Origin: Armatimonadia bacterium
GTDB taxonomy: Bacteria > Armatimonadota > Zipacnadia > Zipacnadales > UBA11051
Length of the DNA stretch: 64,000 nucleotides
NCBI GenBank assembly: GCA_039683575.1
Contig: JBDKRC010000245.1
Coordinates: forward strand, 1-64,000
Reading direction: 5' to 3'
Each line of letters opens with the position of its first letter. Within the stretch, counting starts at the first letter, position 1. A program made the position numbers and the translations under genes. The notes under the pieces were generated by a model. That model did not search any database. It saw nothing but the letters and a program-made list of their open reading frames with translations, and was not told where the DNA came from. Of the stretch, positions 18,866 through 28,802 are shown in pieces.

Positions 18866-20545
18866 ATGGTCTCCTTGATTCGCACTCGTATCGCCGAAGC
18901 TCTCGCTACCGCCGTGACTGCCGCTCAGGCGGCAGGTGCTCTGCCCGCCTTTGACCGACCGAAGGTTGAGATATCCGTCCCGCCCAGGCCGGACATGGGC
19001 GATTTCACCAGCAACATCGCCATGATTGTTGCCAGCCAGGCCAAACTCAAGCCCCGCGATGTGGCTGAGGCCGTTATCGCGCACCTGGACCTTCCGGGCG
19101 CGAATTGCGAACGCGCTGAGATTGCGGGCCCTGGTTTCATCAACATCTTTCTTGGGTGCGGCTGGCTTCAGCAAGCAGCGAAGGAGTGCCTGGAGCTTGG
19201 CGACAGGTACGGTTACAACGAGTCATGCCAGGGCAGCAGAGTTCAGCTTGAGTTCATCAGTGCCAACCCGGTTGGGCCGATGCACATCGGCAATGCCCGC
19301 GGTGGGCCCTATGCCGACGTCCTGGCCAACATGCTCGCGGCTCTGGGATATGAGACACAGCGTGAGTACTACGTCAATGACGGGCCGTATAACACGCAGG
19401 CTATCATCTTTGGGCAGTCTCTCCAGGCCCGCTACCGCGAACTCCTATCTCTGGACTTCTCTTTCCCGGAGAATGGCTACCAGGGCGACTACGTGCGTGA
19501 GATGGCTCAGGGGTTGGTTGATCGCGATGGCGATCGGCACGCGAGCGTGGCCCGGGATGAGGCTGGCGCCTACGAATTCTTCCGGATGGTCGAGCCGCGG
19601 ATACTGAAGGCTATAGAGGACGTCACGGAAGCCTTTGGCATCCACTATGACAACTGGTTCCATGAGGCTGATCTATACGAGCAGGGAGCAGTCGAGGCTG
19701 AGATCAACCGCCTGCTGAGCATTGATGCCGCGTATGAGAAAGACGGAGCGGTTTGGCTCAAGACCGGCGAGCATGGAGATGAGGAGGACCGGGTGCTGGT
19801 GCGCAGCGACGGCCGGCCGACCTACATCGCCTCCGACGCCGCCTATGCCCAGTACAAGTACCAGCACTTTGACCTGGCCATCTACGTTCTCGGCCCGGAC
19901 CATGCGGGTTACGTGCCGCGACTCAAGGCGGCGATCGCCGCTGGCGGCATCGACCTCAGTCAGGTCGAGATCATCGTCCATCAGACGGTGCGATTGCTGC
20001 GGGGAGGCGAGCCGGTACGGCTGTCAAAGCGGCGCGGGGAGATCATCGGGTTGGATGAAGTCATGGAGGAAGTCGGCCGCGATGCCGCACGCTTCTTCTT
20101 CCTGATGAGGTCGGTTGACTCCCATCTCGATTTTGACTTGGACCTGGCTACCAAGCAGAGCGATGAGAATCCTGTCTACTATGTGCAGTATGCCCATGCC
20201 CGCATTTGTAGCATTGAGCGGATGGGTGAGGAGCGAGGCTTTGTCTTTGATAGTGCCCCCGACCTTACACTATTGATGGATCCGGCTGAACTGGCCTTGA
20301 TGCGGGTCATAGCCAACTACCCGCACGAACTGCGCGTCGCCACTGAGGCGCGCGCCCCGCACCGCCTGACCACCATGGCTCGTGACCTGGCGACCGTGTT
20401 TCACCAGTTCTACACCAACTGCAAGGTCCTCGATAGCGACAACATGCCGCTTTCGACGGCCCGTATGGCCTTGGTGAAGGCGGCCCGGCAGTTACTGGCC
20501 AACGAACTGCATATGATGGGTCTAGACGCACCGGAGCGCATGTAG
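18866..20545 (+). CDS. argS: Arginine--tRNA ligase
   Basis: GPGFINI, EFISANPVGPMHIGNAR (HIGH), LSKRRG (KMSK), YYVQYAHARI, C-terminal APERM. Confidence 0.97.
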   Translation: MVSLIRTRIAEALATAVTAAQAAGALPAFDRPKVEISVPPRPDMGDFTSNIAMIVASQAKLKPRDVAEAVIAHLDLPGANCERAEIAGPGFINIFLGCGWLQQAAKECLELGDRYGYNESCQGSRVQLEFISANPVGPMHIGNARGGPYADVLANMLAALGYETQREYYVNDGPYNTQAIIFGQSLQARYRELLSLDFSFPENGYQGDYVREMAQGLVDRDGDRHASVARDEAGAYEFFRMVEPRILKAIEDVTEAFGIHYDNWFHEADLYEQGAVEAEINRLLSIDAAYEKDGAVWLKTGEHGDEEDRVLVRSDGRPTYIASDAAYAQYKYQHFDLAIYVLGPDHAGYVPRLKAAIAAGGIDLSQVEIIVHQTVRLLRGGEPVRLSKRRGEIIGLDEVMEEVGRDAARFFFLMRSVDSHLDFDLDLATKQSDENPVYYVQYAHARICSIERMGEERGFVFDSAPDLTLLMDPAELALMRVIANYPHELRVATEARAPHRLTTMARDLATVFHQFYTNCKVLDSDNMPLSTARMALVKAARQLLANELHMMGLDAPERM

Positions 20546-20551
20546 CAACCA

Positions 20552-21775
20552 ATGACCTTGCTAAGACGCAGCCTTGTACTCGTCTCGACCATGCTGAGCC
20601 TGCTCCTTGGGGTGCAGGCTCAGCCGACCACCCCCGATCAGCCCCCCGCGCCCGCGGCCGCCACTGATTGGCACGCACTCCGCAATCATGCCGCCTACGG
20701 GCCACTGCCCGGTGAGTTGCGCGGAGTCTGGATGCATTACTACGCTAAGCCCTCGTGGGCCGCGGCCATGCGGACCCTTGCGGATGCCAACCTCAACGCC
20801 GTGTTCCCCTACATGATGAGCGGTGGAGTAGCCTTCTATCGCAGCCGCGTCCTGCCGGTGCACCCTTCACTCGGGCAGGATCGGGACTTTCTCCAAGAAG
20901 CGGTCAGCGCGGGCAAAGCCTCCGGTATCCCCATTCACGCGCGCATGCTCAATCTCACCACGCTCTACGCTCCACCCGAAGTCAGGCAGAAGCTAGCGGT
21001 GGAGGGGCGTCTCGCCATCACGTCAAAAGGGAAGACCACAGAGTGGCTGTGCCCGAGTAACACAGCGAACCGCAAACAACAGGTTGCGGCGGCCCTTGAG
21101 ATGCTGGCCTACGGCGTCGCAGGGATTCAGTTTGACTACCTCCGCTACCCCGGGAACACTTCCTGCTTCTGTGCTACTTGCCGCCGAGCCTTCGAACGCG
21201 ATCTGCATGTCAGCGTGAAGAACTGGCCCCTTGATTGTCAAAGTGGGTGCTACCGCGGGCGATTCGCGGATTGGCGTCGTGAGCAACTGACGAACCTGGT
21301 CTCCGAACTCTCACATGCCATTCGCGCGGCGAACCCGCGTGCCATGGTCTCAGCCGCGGTTTTTCTCAACTGGGAGGACCATCGGGACACCTTCGGTCAG
21401 GATTGGAAGACGTGGGTTGACCGGGGGCTAGTGGACTTCGTGTGCCCGATGGACTACACAACAGAGAATGAGAAGTTCCGTCTGTACGTCTCGCGCCAGC
21501 AGGAGTGGATTGCGGGGAAAGTGCCGTTCGCGGCGGGGATCGGCATCAACTCAGATGGGCACCAGTTCCCTGGACCGAGACTGGCCCTGGAGCAGGTGCG
21601 GATCGCGCGCGAGTATGGGGCTCAGGGGTTTGTGATCTTCAACTACTGCGACAAGCTGGTCAATGATTATCTGCCGGCCTTCGTGGGAACGGTCACACGA
21701 GACCCCACGACCTTTGGGTTGGGGCCGCAGGCCAGTCAACAAAGCGGGCTCGAGCCAGTAAGTCGGTACGATTGA
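20552..21775 (+). CDS. Secreted glycosyl hydrolase-like family 10 (GHL10/DUF187, YddW-like)
   Basis: ELRGVW, GIQFDYLRYP, QDWKTW, DFVCPMDY. Confidence 0.85.
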   Translation: MTLLRRSLVLVSTMLSLLLGVQAQPTTPDQPPAPAAATDWHALRNHAAYGPLPGELRGVWMHYYAKPSWAAAMRTLADANLNAVFPYMMSGGVAFYRSRVLPVHPSLGQDRDFLQEAVSAGKASGIPIHARMLNLTTLYAPPEVRQKLAVEGRLAITSKGKTTEWLCPSNTANRKQQVAAALEMLAYGVAGIQFDYLRYPGNTSCFCATCRRAFERDLHVSVKNWPLDCQSGCYRGRFADWRREQLTNLVSELSHAIRAANPRAMVSAAVFLNWEDHRDTFGQDWKTWVDRGLVDFVCPMDYTTENEKFRLYVSRQQEWIAGKVPFAAGIGINSDGHQFPGPRLALEQVRIAREYGAQGFVIFNYCDKLVNDYLPAFVGTVTRDPTTFGLGPQASQQSGLEPVSRYD

Positions 21776-21782
21776 CGGAACG

Positions 21783-22073
21783 CTATTGTTCCTGCGAGGC
21801 CTGTTGCATCCACTGGCGCAGCCTGATGCGCAGGGCCTTCGCTGCATAGTCCCACGGGCGCAACTGGTTTGCGTCCACGTTCTTCAGCTCTGCCTGGTTC
21901 TCGATGAGATCAAGCATCCCCACCGGCGCAAGCCAGATCTCCCGCGGCTCTTCCTCCCCCTGACTATAGCGTAGAGCAAGCTGACGCTCGCCTGGATAGT
22001 AGTACAGGTAGAAGAAGTTGTATCCGTCGGAGTTGGCGGGATGAGCATAGATAATGTGGCTGCGTCGGGCCAT
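21783..22073 (-). CDS. Small hypothetical protein (96 aa)
   Basis: Fills the gap between convergent and divergent neighbours; GAGG SD; protein-like composition. Confidence 0.6.
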   Translation of the reverse strand: MARRSHIIYAHPANSDGYNFFYLYYYPGERQLALRYSQGEEEPREIWLAPVGMLDLIENQAELKNVDANQLRPWDYAAKALRIRLRQWMQQASQEQ

Positions 22074-22240
22074 TGGAGCGAAATCCCCTCAGTGCTGCGA
22101 CCTGGACGTCTCGTCGAGTTTACCACAAGTGAATCCTGTGACAAAGACGATTTTTCACCACACCGCATCGGAGGATTGCTCTCACGCTTAGGCGAAACAA
22201 GCTGCAACGCTATTGCTGAGACACCAGCAGGAGGATCCGC

Positions 22241-23038
22241 ATGAAAGTCGGGTTGAGCACCATAATCACGCCGCCGGAGTGGTCGTTTGACGAGATCATC
22301 AGCCAGAGCCTGAAGACCGGCTACGAAGCCGTGGAGTTGTGCATTCGTGACCAGGGGGACCTTGCCTACGACACCTCGGCGCAGGCTCTCGCGGATATGG
22401 CAGGGAGAGCACGAGAGGCTGGAGTTGAAATCTCCTCCCTTTGCGCGTCGGTTCGCAACCAGCCCAAGGATATCATGACCAACGACCGTCAGGTCTGGGA
22501 AGCCAGCCTCGACACCATCCGCCGCTGTCTTGACATTACCGCCGGCATCGGCGCAGACACGATGCTCCTGACCATGGGTGCTCTTAGCGATGACCTGTAT
22601 TACAACGAAGCATATGCTAACGGCCTGAAGGCTATGCAACTGCTGGCGCCCCACGCTGAGGGCCTGGGCGTCAACATCGCTATCGAGTACGTGTGGAACA
22701 AGTTCCTGCTGTCGCCAATGGAGTTTGCCCGGTTCTGCGATGAAGTCGCCAGTCCTCGCGTTGGCCTCTTCTTCGACACCGGAAACATGGTCATCTTCGG
22801 CTTCCCACAGCATTGGGTTCGAATCTGTGGCAAGCACCTCATGAAGGTGCACTTCAAGGACTTCAAGCGGGCTGGGTTCGAGTGGAAGCCACTGCTGGAG
22901 GGTGACGTGAACTTCCCGGCAGTCATGGCCGAACTGCGGAAGATCGGATACGATGGAGCGTTGCTTTCCGAAGTGGCGCCATCGCTTGCCTCGCTGGAGG
23001 ACACCGCCGCAGCCATCCGCAAGATCATGCAGATGTAG
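22241..23038 (+). CDS. Sugar phosphate isomerase/epimerase (AP_endonuc_2 TIM barrel)
   Basis: IAIEYVWNKFLLSP, FDTGN, VHFKDF, GDVNFP, LSE; SD AGGAGG. Confidence 0.9.
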   Translation: MKVGLSTIITPPEWSFDEIISQSLKTGYEAVELCIRDQGDLAYDTSAQALADMAGRAREAGVEISSLCASVRNQPKDIMTNDRQVWEASLDTIRRCLDITAGIGADTMLLTMGALSDDLYYNEAYANGLKAMQLLAPHAEGLGVNIAIEYVWNKFLLSPMEFARFCDEVASPRVGLFFDTGNMVIFGFPQHWVRICGKHLMKVHFKDFKRAGFEWKPLLEGDVNFPAVMAELRKIGYDGALLSEVAPSLASLEDTAAAIRKIMQM

Positions 23039-23046
23039 CAGCACCT

Positions 23047-23076
23047 GGGGGGCATCGCCAGCAGGCGATGCCCCCC
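23047..23076. terminator. 13-bp GC hairpin between convergent genes
   Basis: GGGGGGCATCGCC-AGCA-GGCGATGCCCCCC; no U-tract on either side. Confidence 0.55.
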
Positions 23077-23090
23077 GATCCCACGCCACA

Positions 23091-23858
23091 CTACTGCACA
23101 TCGATGGTATCGCTTACCCACTCATGCCACATGTCCTGCCAAGCCTTCAACTCGCTTCCTGCGCCACGTCGGGCTTTCGGCAGTTGCGCCAGCTCTTTGT
23201 CGCAGGTCAACTGCTCGTAGATCCGCATCACGATCTCGGATGATTCCGCCTTACTGTGAGCGCCGAGGCCTACGAGCGTTGGCGTACGCACACCTTGCGC
23301 GAGCCTGGTGGGATCGAAGCAGGCCGGACCTGGCAGTGCTCTGGGCTGGTACGCGCAGATGAACCTGCACTGGTTGGGGACCATCATGCCCAGTGCCAGA
23401 GCTGCCGTTGCCCCGGCGCCTTCCCCGACTACGCCAGCGCCCGTTGTTGAGGTGCGGGCCAGTAGCAACTGGAGCGACCGTTCGGCTATCATCGTTATCC
23501 GATACATCGGATGGCGTACGGGATCGCCGCAGGCACTACCTCTTCCGAGTTCGCGTGTGTCGAGAGCAACCCATGCGTGCGTCCCTTCAGGCTGAAACCC
23601 CTCGGGTTTGTCGCGGTCCAACAGATACACTACGGGAGATAGCGAGCTCTCCTGTGGCAGGAATAACCTGACGCGGCAAGGCACGAAACCTGGGCCCTGG
23701 AAACTCAGAGACCGGTTGTTCCATTCAGGTTCGGGCGGTATCGCCGCGAGTTGGACAGTTGCTTTCTGCCAAAATGCCAGGGGTTCACTACTGGCTCCAA
23801 AGGAAGCCTCGGGGCATAGTGTTAGTGCCAGCGTCAGCAAGACCATTATCCTGTGCAT
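23091..23858 (-). CDS. Secreted alpha/beta-hydrolase-fold protein resembling acetylxylan esterase (CE7), catalytic residues apparently lost
   Basis: LSFQG...RLFLP...SPVV, GVVGEGAGATAAL, CFDPTRLAQGVRTPTLVGLG, IYEQLTCDKEL follow the AXE1 layout. Confidence 0.55.
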   Translation of the reverse strand: MHRIMVLLTLALTLCPEASFGASSEPLAFWQKATVQLAAIPPEPEWNNRSLSFQGPGFVPCRVRLFLPQESSLSPVVYLLDRDKPEGFQPEGTHAWVALDTRELGRGSACGDPVRHPMYRITMIAERSLQLLLARTSTTGAGVVGEGAGATAALALGMMVPNQCRFICAYQPRALPGPACFDPTRLAQGVRTPTLVGLGAHSKAESSEIVMRIYEQLTCDKELAQLPKARRGAGSELKAWQDMWHEWVSDTIDVQ

Positions 23859-23972
23859 GTGGACCCGCCTGCCTATTGTTGCTAAGGCTTGACTCGGGAA
23901 GTCTTGTGTGGCCGGTACGACAGGCTTGTAAAGGGAAAGCAAAGATGCACACCAGGACAGGAGGCTGAGAGA

Positions 23973-25217
23973 GTGAGAACGAAGGCTACAGCGGTACTTG
24001 TACTGGCGGCCCTTGCGTTAGGCTGCTTCGCTGCTCCTGCTCCTGTCTACGTTCGTGGTAATGACGGCAAGTGGCGCCAGCTGACCCCCAAGCAAGACGG
24101 GCGCAACATAACTGTTAACCTGGCTGTGGAGCAGATCGGGAGTGGCTATGCGGACCTGGTGGTGGATAAGCCAGCCTGGATGGTTCTGGACGACGGCGAA
24201 GCACCAAAACTGGCCTGGATGAAGCTTAACGGCAAAGAGGTGGGCGTGGCTCCGTCGATTGATCTTGGCGCACTGACTGCTCTGCCAGCTACCCTAAGCT
24301 TCGGCCTGAAAGATAACGCTAATCCCCTCGATCCCGCCTCGGCGGCTTTCGTGATCCCCAACGCGCCGAGCACGCCCAAGGTGGATGTGGCGGAGTTGGG
24401 GCCGCCAAAGATTAACGGGCGAATGTCGGTGGTGTTGCCGACTCTGCCGGCGGGGCGCTACCATGCTCTCCTGCGAGTGGCAGATGCCTCCCCCGCCGCA
24501 AATGCGCTTGAAGTCCCGGTGGCCTTCAGCATCGTGGGCTTCCATGTCTCCCCTGATCAGCAGACCGTCGTCGCCGGAACGCCCGGCGGTAGCTTTACAC
24601 TCAAGGCAGTGCCGCACGAGACTCTTCGCACCGGAACCGGTGCCGCCGCGTACCTCACCGCCAATGTACAGGGCCAGCATATGTACCTGGCGAAGATCAT
24701 CGAGGTCCAGACGCTTTGTGACACCCCGCAGCTGAAGTCAGTCAGGGTCATTGGAGTGCCCGGGGAGACCGACAAAGGGCAGGATGGGAGCAAGCTCTGC
24801 CGGCTGGAGTACGACCTGAGCATCAGGCCGGATCTGCCGTGTCTGCTCGTCACCAGCCGGATTGTCAATCTCGGACCTGAAGGCGGGCTGTATTGCTGGT
24901 GGGGATGGTTGCCGGGATTGGGTTTCGTGGACTCGACCGGAGAGCATCAGTGGGCGATGGAGTATAAGGGGGTGGGGAAGGTTGGCTGGGTGTATCTTCC
25001 TTCCGGCAAGCCGGAACTGGACAGCATCGGCTGGATCTCTCCGTTGGCCTTTGGCGAGAGCAGGTCTGGTACGATGCTACTCTACACTGAGCCTCAAACC
25101 ATCAGCAACGTCAAGACTGGAGCGGCCGTCGAACTGCCATTTGCGCTGATGGCGGCGAACTCGGCCGAAGAGGTGCGGGCGGTGGCCGAGAAGCTGAACT
25201 CACTCAAAGTCTGGTAG
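23973..25217 (+). CDS. Secreted hypothetical protein (beta-rich)
   Basis: GTG start after GGAGG; signal peptide; long ORF. Confidence 0.7.
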   Translation: MRTKATAVLVLAALALGCFAAPAPVYVRGNDGKWRQLTPKQDGRNITVNLAVEQIGSGYADLVVDKPAWMVLDDGEAPKLAWMKLNGKEVGVAPSIDLGALTALPATLSFGLKDNANPLDPASAAFVIPNAPSTPKVDVAELGPPKINGRMSVVLPTLPAGRYHALLRVADASPAANALEVPVAFSIVGFHVSPDQQTVVAGTPGGSFTLKAVPHETLRTGTGAAAYLTANVQGQHMYLAKIIEVQTLCDTPQLKSVRVIGVPGETDKGQDGSKLCRLEYDLSIRPDLPCLLVTSRIVNLGPEGGLYCWWGWLPGLGFVDSTGEHQWAMEYKGVGKVGWVYLPSGKPELDSIGWISPLAFGESRSGTMLLYTEPQTISNVKTGAAVELPFALMAANSAEEVRAVAEKLNSLKVW

Positions 25218-25236
25218 GACCGGGAAAGGCTGCACA

Positions 25237-26328
25237 ATGGCCCTCTCGCGCAAGTCTCTCGTGCTCATTGTCCTGCTTCTGGGCATGCTCAAGGCAGGCC
25301 TGTGCGCTCCGTCTTTGGCTCCCAGTGGTCTTGCCTATCCTTTGGAGCCTCTCAAGCCGCAAGACCTGCCTGGATGCATCATGAGAGGTGGCCAGTGGCT
25401 TAACGGGCTGCCGGGCCGCCCTTCCTACAATGGCACCCATGTCCACGCGGGAATTGACCTCCCGGCTCAGCTTGGCGAGGTGGTCTACGCAATGGCTGAG
25501 GGAGTTGTGGACCCGGCCAGCGACTGTCCACACAATGGCTACGGGCCTGGCTGGACGCCGGGGGGCGTCATGATCATCCGGTCTCTCCTGGCTGGCAAGA
25601 TCCCGTATCTGATTGTCTATGGTCACACTCAGAACCATTTGGTCAGGGGCGGTGTCCGGGTGGTGCCCGGGCAGCCAATCGCCGAGATTGGTCCGTGGCT
25701 GGCTGAAGAAGGGGGGCCTCACCTGCACGTAACGGTCCGACTGGGGGAACTACCGCGGCGTGGGTGGGGGACGCCTACGCTTCTCGGGGTGCCTCTCAAA
25801 GACGGCGCCGAGACCGCAGGTACATCCGATGACGTGCTGGCGCTGGGGTACCGCGACCCTCTGTCCCTGCTCAGCGGGCAGTTGGAGGGGGAGACGGCCT
25901 TTGGCCTGGATGCTAACGGCGCACGAGACCAGGCCTTTGTGCAGGCTGCGCTCAGGCGGCAGGAAGCTCTGAACCCTGGAGAGCGGGACTTGCAGCGATT
26001 GCCCCTTATATCCCTACCCATCACTCCTGAGAAGCTTCTGCAGCGGCGCGGACAGGGTTACATGCAGTACCTTCTTCTCGAGCCTTCCCCCGAAGCCATG
26101 GTGCTGCAGGATGGCGATGATCGAGCTTACTTGGTCTCCTCAAACCTACTGCGTGCCTATGAACGGGCTGGAGGGCCGGAGGTGCTCGGCTATCCGATAG
26201 GGGAACAGCAGGATTGGGGCAGCGCCCTGGTGCAGGGCTTTGAGCATGCCCTCATCGTCTGGGAGAAGGACGCGAGGCAAGCGAAGGTGATTCTGCGGGA
26301 GATGCGCTCCCGTCAGCAGACAAAATGA
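25237..26328 (+). CDS. M23 family peptidase with C-terminal LGFP-like repeat
   Basis: HAGID (HxxxD), YGH, PHLH (HxH); GGPEVLGYPIGE...VQGFEHALIVW. Confidence 0.8.
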   Translation: MALSRKSLVLIVLLLGMLKAGLCAPSLAPSGLAYPLEPLKPQDLPGCIMRGGQWLNGLPGRPSYNGTHVHAGIDLPAQLGEVVYAMAEGVVDPASDCPHNGYGPGWTPGGVMIIRSLLAGKIPYLIVYGHTQNHLVRGGVRVVPGQPIAEIGPWLAEEGGPHLHVTVRLGELPRRGWGTPTLLGVPLKDGAETAGTSDDVLALGYRDPLSLLSGQLEGETAFGLDANGARDQAFVQAALRRQEALNPGERDLQRLPLISLPITPEKLLQRRGQGYMQYLLLEPSPEAMVLQDGDDRAYLVSSNLLRAYERAGGPEVLGYPIGEQQDWGSALVQGFEHALIVWEKDARQAKVILREMRSRQQTK

Positions 26329-26355
26329 GAGCCGGAGGCGAAATGCCTCCGGCTC
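26329..26355. terminator. 11-bp hairpin between convergent genes
   Basis: GAGCCGGAGGC-GAAAT-GCCTCCGGCTC. Confidence 0.55.
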
Positions 26356-26373
26356 ATGCTGATTGAAGTGTTA

Positions 26374-28059
26374 CTATTCCTCGGCTACAAGCTGTACCCC
26401 GAAATCGAAATCCAGGTCCACCTCAAAGAGCCTGCGCCAAGGCAGCTTCACCCGCGTCTCCTCCAGATCCGCCAGCACCAGACCGTTACGTGCCTCGTCC
26501 GGGCCGACACACACCGACCGACGCCCGAGGAACTGCTCTATCCACAGGTCCGCTGCCGCGTGCGTCAGTTCCTCGCGGACGATAGCCTCTGCCTGCGGAT
26601 AGCTGTTTGCCAGATCAAATACCGACGCCTGGAGCAGACTGACAACGGTCTTTGTCACCTTGGGCCGAATCCGCGACATGTACAGCCAGTCGTCAACGAG
26701 GTGGTAGAACAGCAGGCCCACATGCGCCCGTTCACTTGCTATCAAAGAGTTCAGCAGTTCGAGATACCGCATGGGCGTCAGACTGACGACCACGTTCGCC
26801 AGGTCGAACGCACCTTTGTCCTGCAGGGCGATGAGCCGCAGGGTGCCCTGGGCCAGCGCAGACCCTACAGAGTTGCCAGCGGTGTTCCATCCAGCGAAGC
26901 TGAGCAGGCTCAGAGGCTCAACCCCCGCCTGAATGAGACTTGTCACGAAAGCATCCTCAGCCCCATTGGCGAAGGCCGCGTCACAGATTGCCAGCCCTGG
27001 ATGATCAAGTTCCGCGATTTTCTGCGCGAACTGCTGGCACTTCTCTACGCGACCGCTCTTGCGTTCATCATCTTCATAGTAGTAGGCCCGTTCGCGGCGC
27101 AGAGGTGCATTTACGGCCAACACCAAATCGGCGCTCTGCGGGCTATCGGTCAGCTCGCCGCCGATTACCTTGACGTTGGCGGCCAGCGTCTCCTGGAAGG
27201 GGCGGTCCTCAAAGGTCGCTATGTTCTTCATGTGCCCGGCATGTGACGGCATCACATATACCTGCGGCACCTTCCCCATGTGACCGTGCACAAAGCGCGC
27301 GAAAAGCGTGGCGCCCGTTTCATCAGCACCGGGGTACAGCATCACTTTGTCTTCAAGGTTCAAAGCCTGAACCCGCGACAGCAGCTCGGCTTGTTCGGGA
27401 CGATGCAACCCATGTTCGGCAGCGTCTTCCTGCGTCAAGGCCAGGAAATCCACCGATCCCTGTGCGACATGCTCAACTGCACTCAGGTTGACTGCATGAT
27501 TGCGCTCACGGCATGCCAGGTATTGTCCCAGCAGGTCTGCAGGAAGCCGCCGCGTGATCTGGTCCAGTTCGCGCTGGTTCGCCTCTTTGCCGAACTCATC
27601 CACGAGCCCGCGCAATTCCGAGTATCGGCGTAACAGGCCCCAGTACGGCGCCAGGTGATCATTGGCGGCGGTGATCGAGAGCCGCATAATGACGTTGCTG
27701 GCCAGGATTTGCATCTCCGGCGCGCGCTCACGCATGAGCTTGAGCGCTTCCAGACGCTGTAGAGCGAGCTGGGTGCGGACGTTAGGGCCACGTGAAGCTA
27801 CGAGCCCGCCGTATGCCAGCATATCCAGCGAGATGATCGCTGCATCGGCTCCGGTCTGTGCCTCCGCAAGCAGCCAGTCTGTGAGGCCCTCAGGCTGGCC
27901 GGGCGTCATGAATTGCCCCAGAAGCTCAAGCGGCGGCAGGGCCAGCTCGTAGTCCACCATCTCGGCCAGCATGCGCACATGCTTGACGGAGTACGGGCGG
28001 TCATCCAAAGGAAGATATACGACCTTGTGGAGGCGATGTCGAAGAGTCAAACCTTTCAC
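26374..28059 (-). CDS. DUF4127 family protein; start may be TTG 28050
   Basis: LPLDDRP, SLDMLAYGGLVASR, YPGADE, FAGWNTAGNSVG, LPWRRLFEV. Confidence 0.85.
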   Translation of the reverse strand: MKGLTLRHRLHKVVYLPLDDRPYSVKHVRMLAEMVDYELALPPLELLGQFMTPGQPEGLTDWLLAEAQTGADAAIISLDMLAYGGLVASRGPNVRTQLALQRLEALKLMRERAPEMQILASNVIMRLSITAANDHLAPYWGLLRRYSELRGLVDEFGKEANQRELDQITRRLPADLLGQYLACRERNHAVNLSAVEHVAQGSVDFLALTQEDAAEHGLHRPEQAELLSRVQALNLEDKVMLYPGADETGATLFARFVHGHMGKVPQVYVMPSHAGHMKNIATFEDRPFQETLAANVKVIGGELTDSPQSADLVLAVNAPLRRERAYYYEDDERKSGRVEKCQQFAQKIAELDHPGLAICDAAFANGAEDAFVTSLIQAGVEPLSLLSFAGWNTAGNSVGSALAQGTLRLIALQDKGAFDLANVVVSLTPMRYLELLNSLIASERAHVGLLFYHLVDDWLYMSRIRPKVTKTVVSLLQASVFDLANSYPQAEAIVREELTHAAADLWIEQFLGRRSVCVGPDEARNGLVLADLEETRVKLPWRRLFEVDLDFDFGVQLVAEE

Positions 28060-28085
28060 CTCTCAGTTGGTGCGGGCAATGATGC

Positions 28086-28802
28086 CTACAACTGATCCAG
28101 TGCTTCTCGATAGACGCGCGTCGCTGCGCTGATGTCTGCTGCGGTTCGTCCTGTGACGATGGCACCTATCAGCAGTGCCCGGATCCCCGTCGACGCCAGA
28201 GCCGCCAGATCATCAGGGACGATATGGCGCTGAGTTGGCACCATCACCGGCCTGTCGGCCTGCCCCAGGATACGCGTGACTGTAGTATAGTCTGCAAGGT
28301 CGCCGGCTGACAAGGGATTGCCATACTCGGTGTGAGGGATGATTGAGGCCTCGATCATCCCGATGGATGTCAGGGTCGCAACCGAGGCCAAACGGTCCGG
28401 CCTGGACATGTCTTCGTGCCCCAGCGCAGCCATTAGTGGGAGAGGCAGTGCGCTCAGGAGCCATGCTGGCATGGCCCCAAGGTAGAGATCGGCAAAGTCC
28501 AGGCCGAGTTCATGCAGCCTGCGGAAATCATCCGGCGACGCCATCCGGGAGGCATCTCCCGGCACAATCCCCACCGGTAGCCCCAGGGACGCAATTTCCT
28601 CAATTCGCGTGGCCTCATCGTCCAGGGAGCCAAAACGAACCTTCGCCGCGGCGTGCTCGATGTTGATATGAACCTTCAGGCCCTGAGCCCCGCCATCGCG
28701 AGCGGCGCGGGCCAGATCGGGGTCATTAGCCGGCAGACTCACCAGCAGCGCCGGAGGCCCGGGCTTGCGCATAAGCTTCAGCGTCTGGCACTCATTCATC
28801 AT
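28086..28802 (-). CDS. Uncharacterised TIM-barrel protein (ribulose-phosphate-binding-barrel-like)
   Basis: LLVSLPAND, GLKVHIN, PVGIVPG, EASII, VPTQRHI, LLIGAIVTG; 4-bp overlap with the upstream gene. Confidence 0.7.
   Translation of the reverse strand: MMNECQTLKLMRKPGPPALLVSLPANDPDLARAARDGGAQGLKVHINIEHAAAKVRFGSLDDEATRIEEIASLGLPVGIVPGDASRMASPDDFRRLHELGLDFADLYLGAMPAWLLSALPLPLMAALGHEDMSRPDRLASVATLTSIGMIEASIIPHTEYGNPLSAGDLADYTTVTRILGQADRPVMVPTQRHIVPDDLAALASTGIRALLIGAIVTGRTAADISAATRVYREALDQL

Noticed and set aside
23047-26355. Intergenic hairpins as a REP or CRISPR repeat family
   Set aside because: The hairpins share no sequence and each occurs once; no repeat-spacer array was seen anywhere
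26356-27246. Long antisense or alternate-frame ORFs (here and e.g. 4091-5554, 21884-23101, 38454-39629)
   Set aside because: Shadow ORFs of real genes in GC-rich DNA, with no motifs
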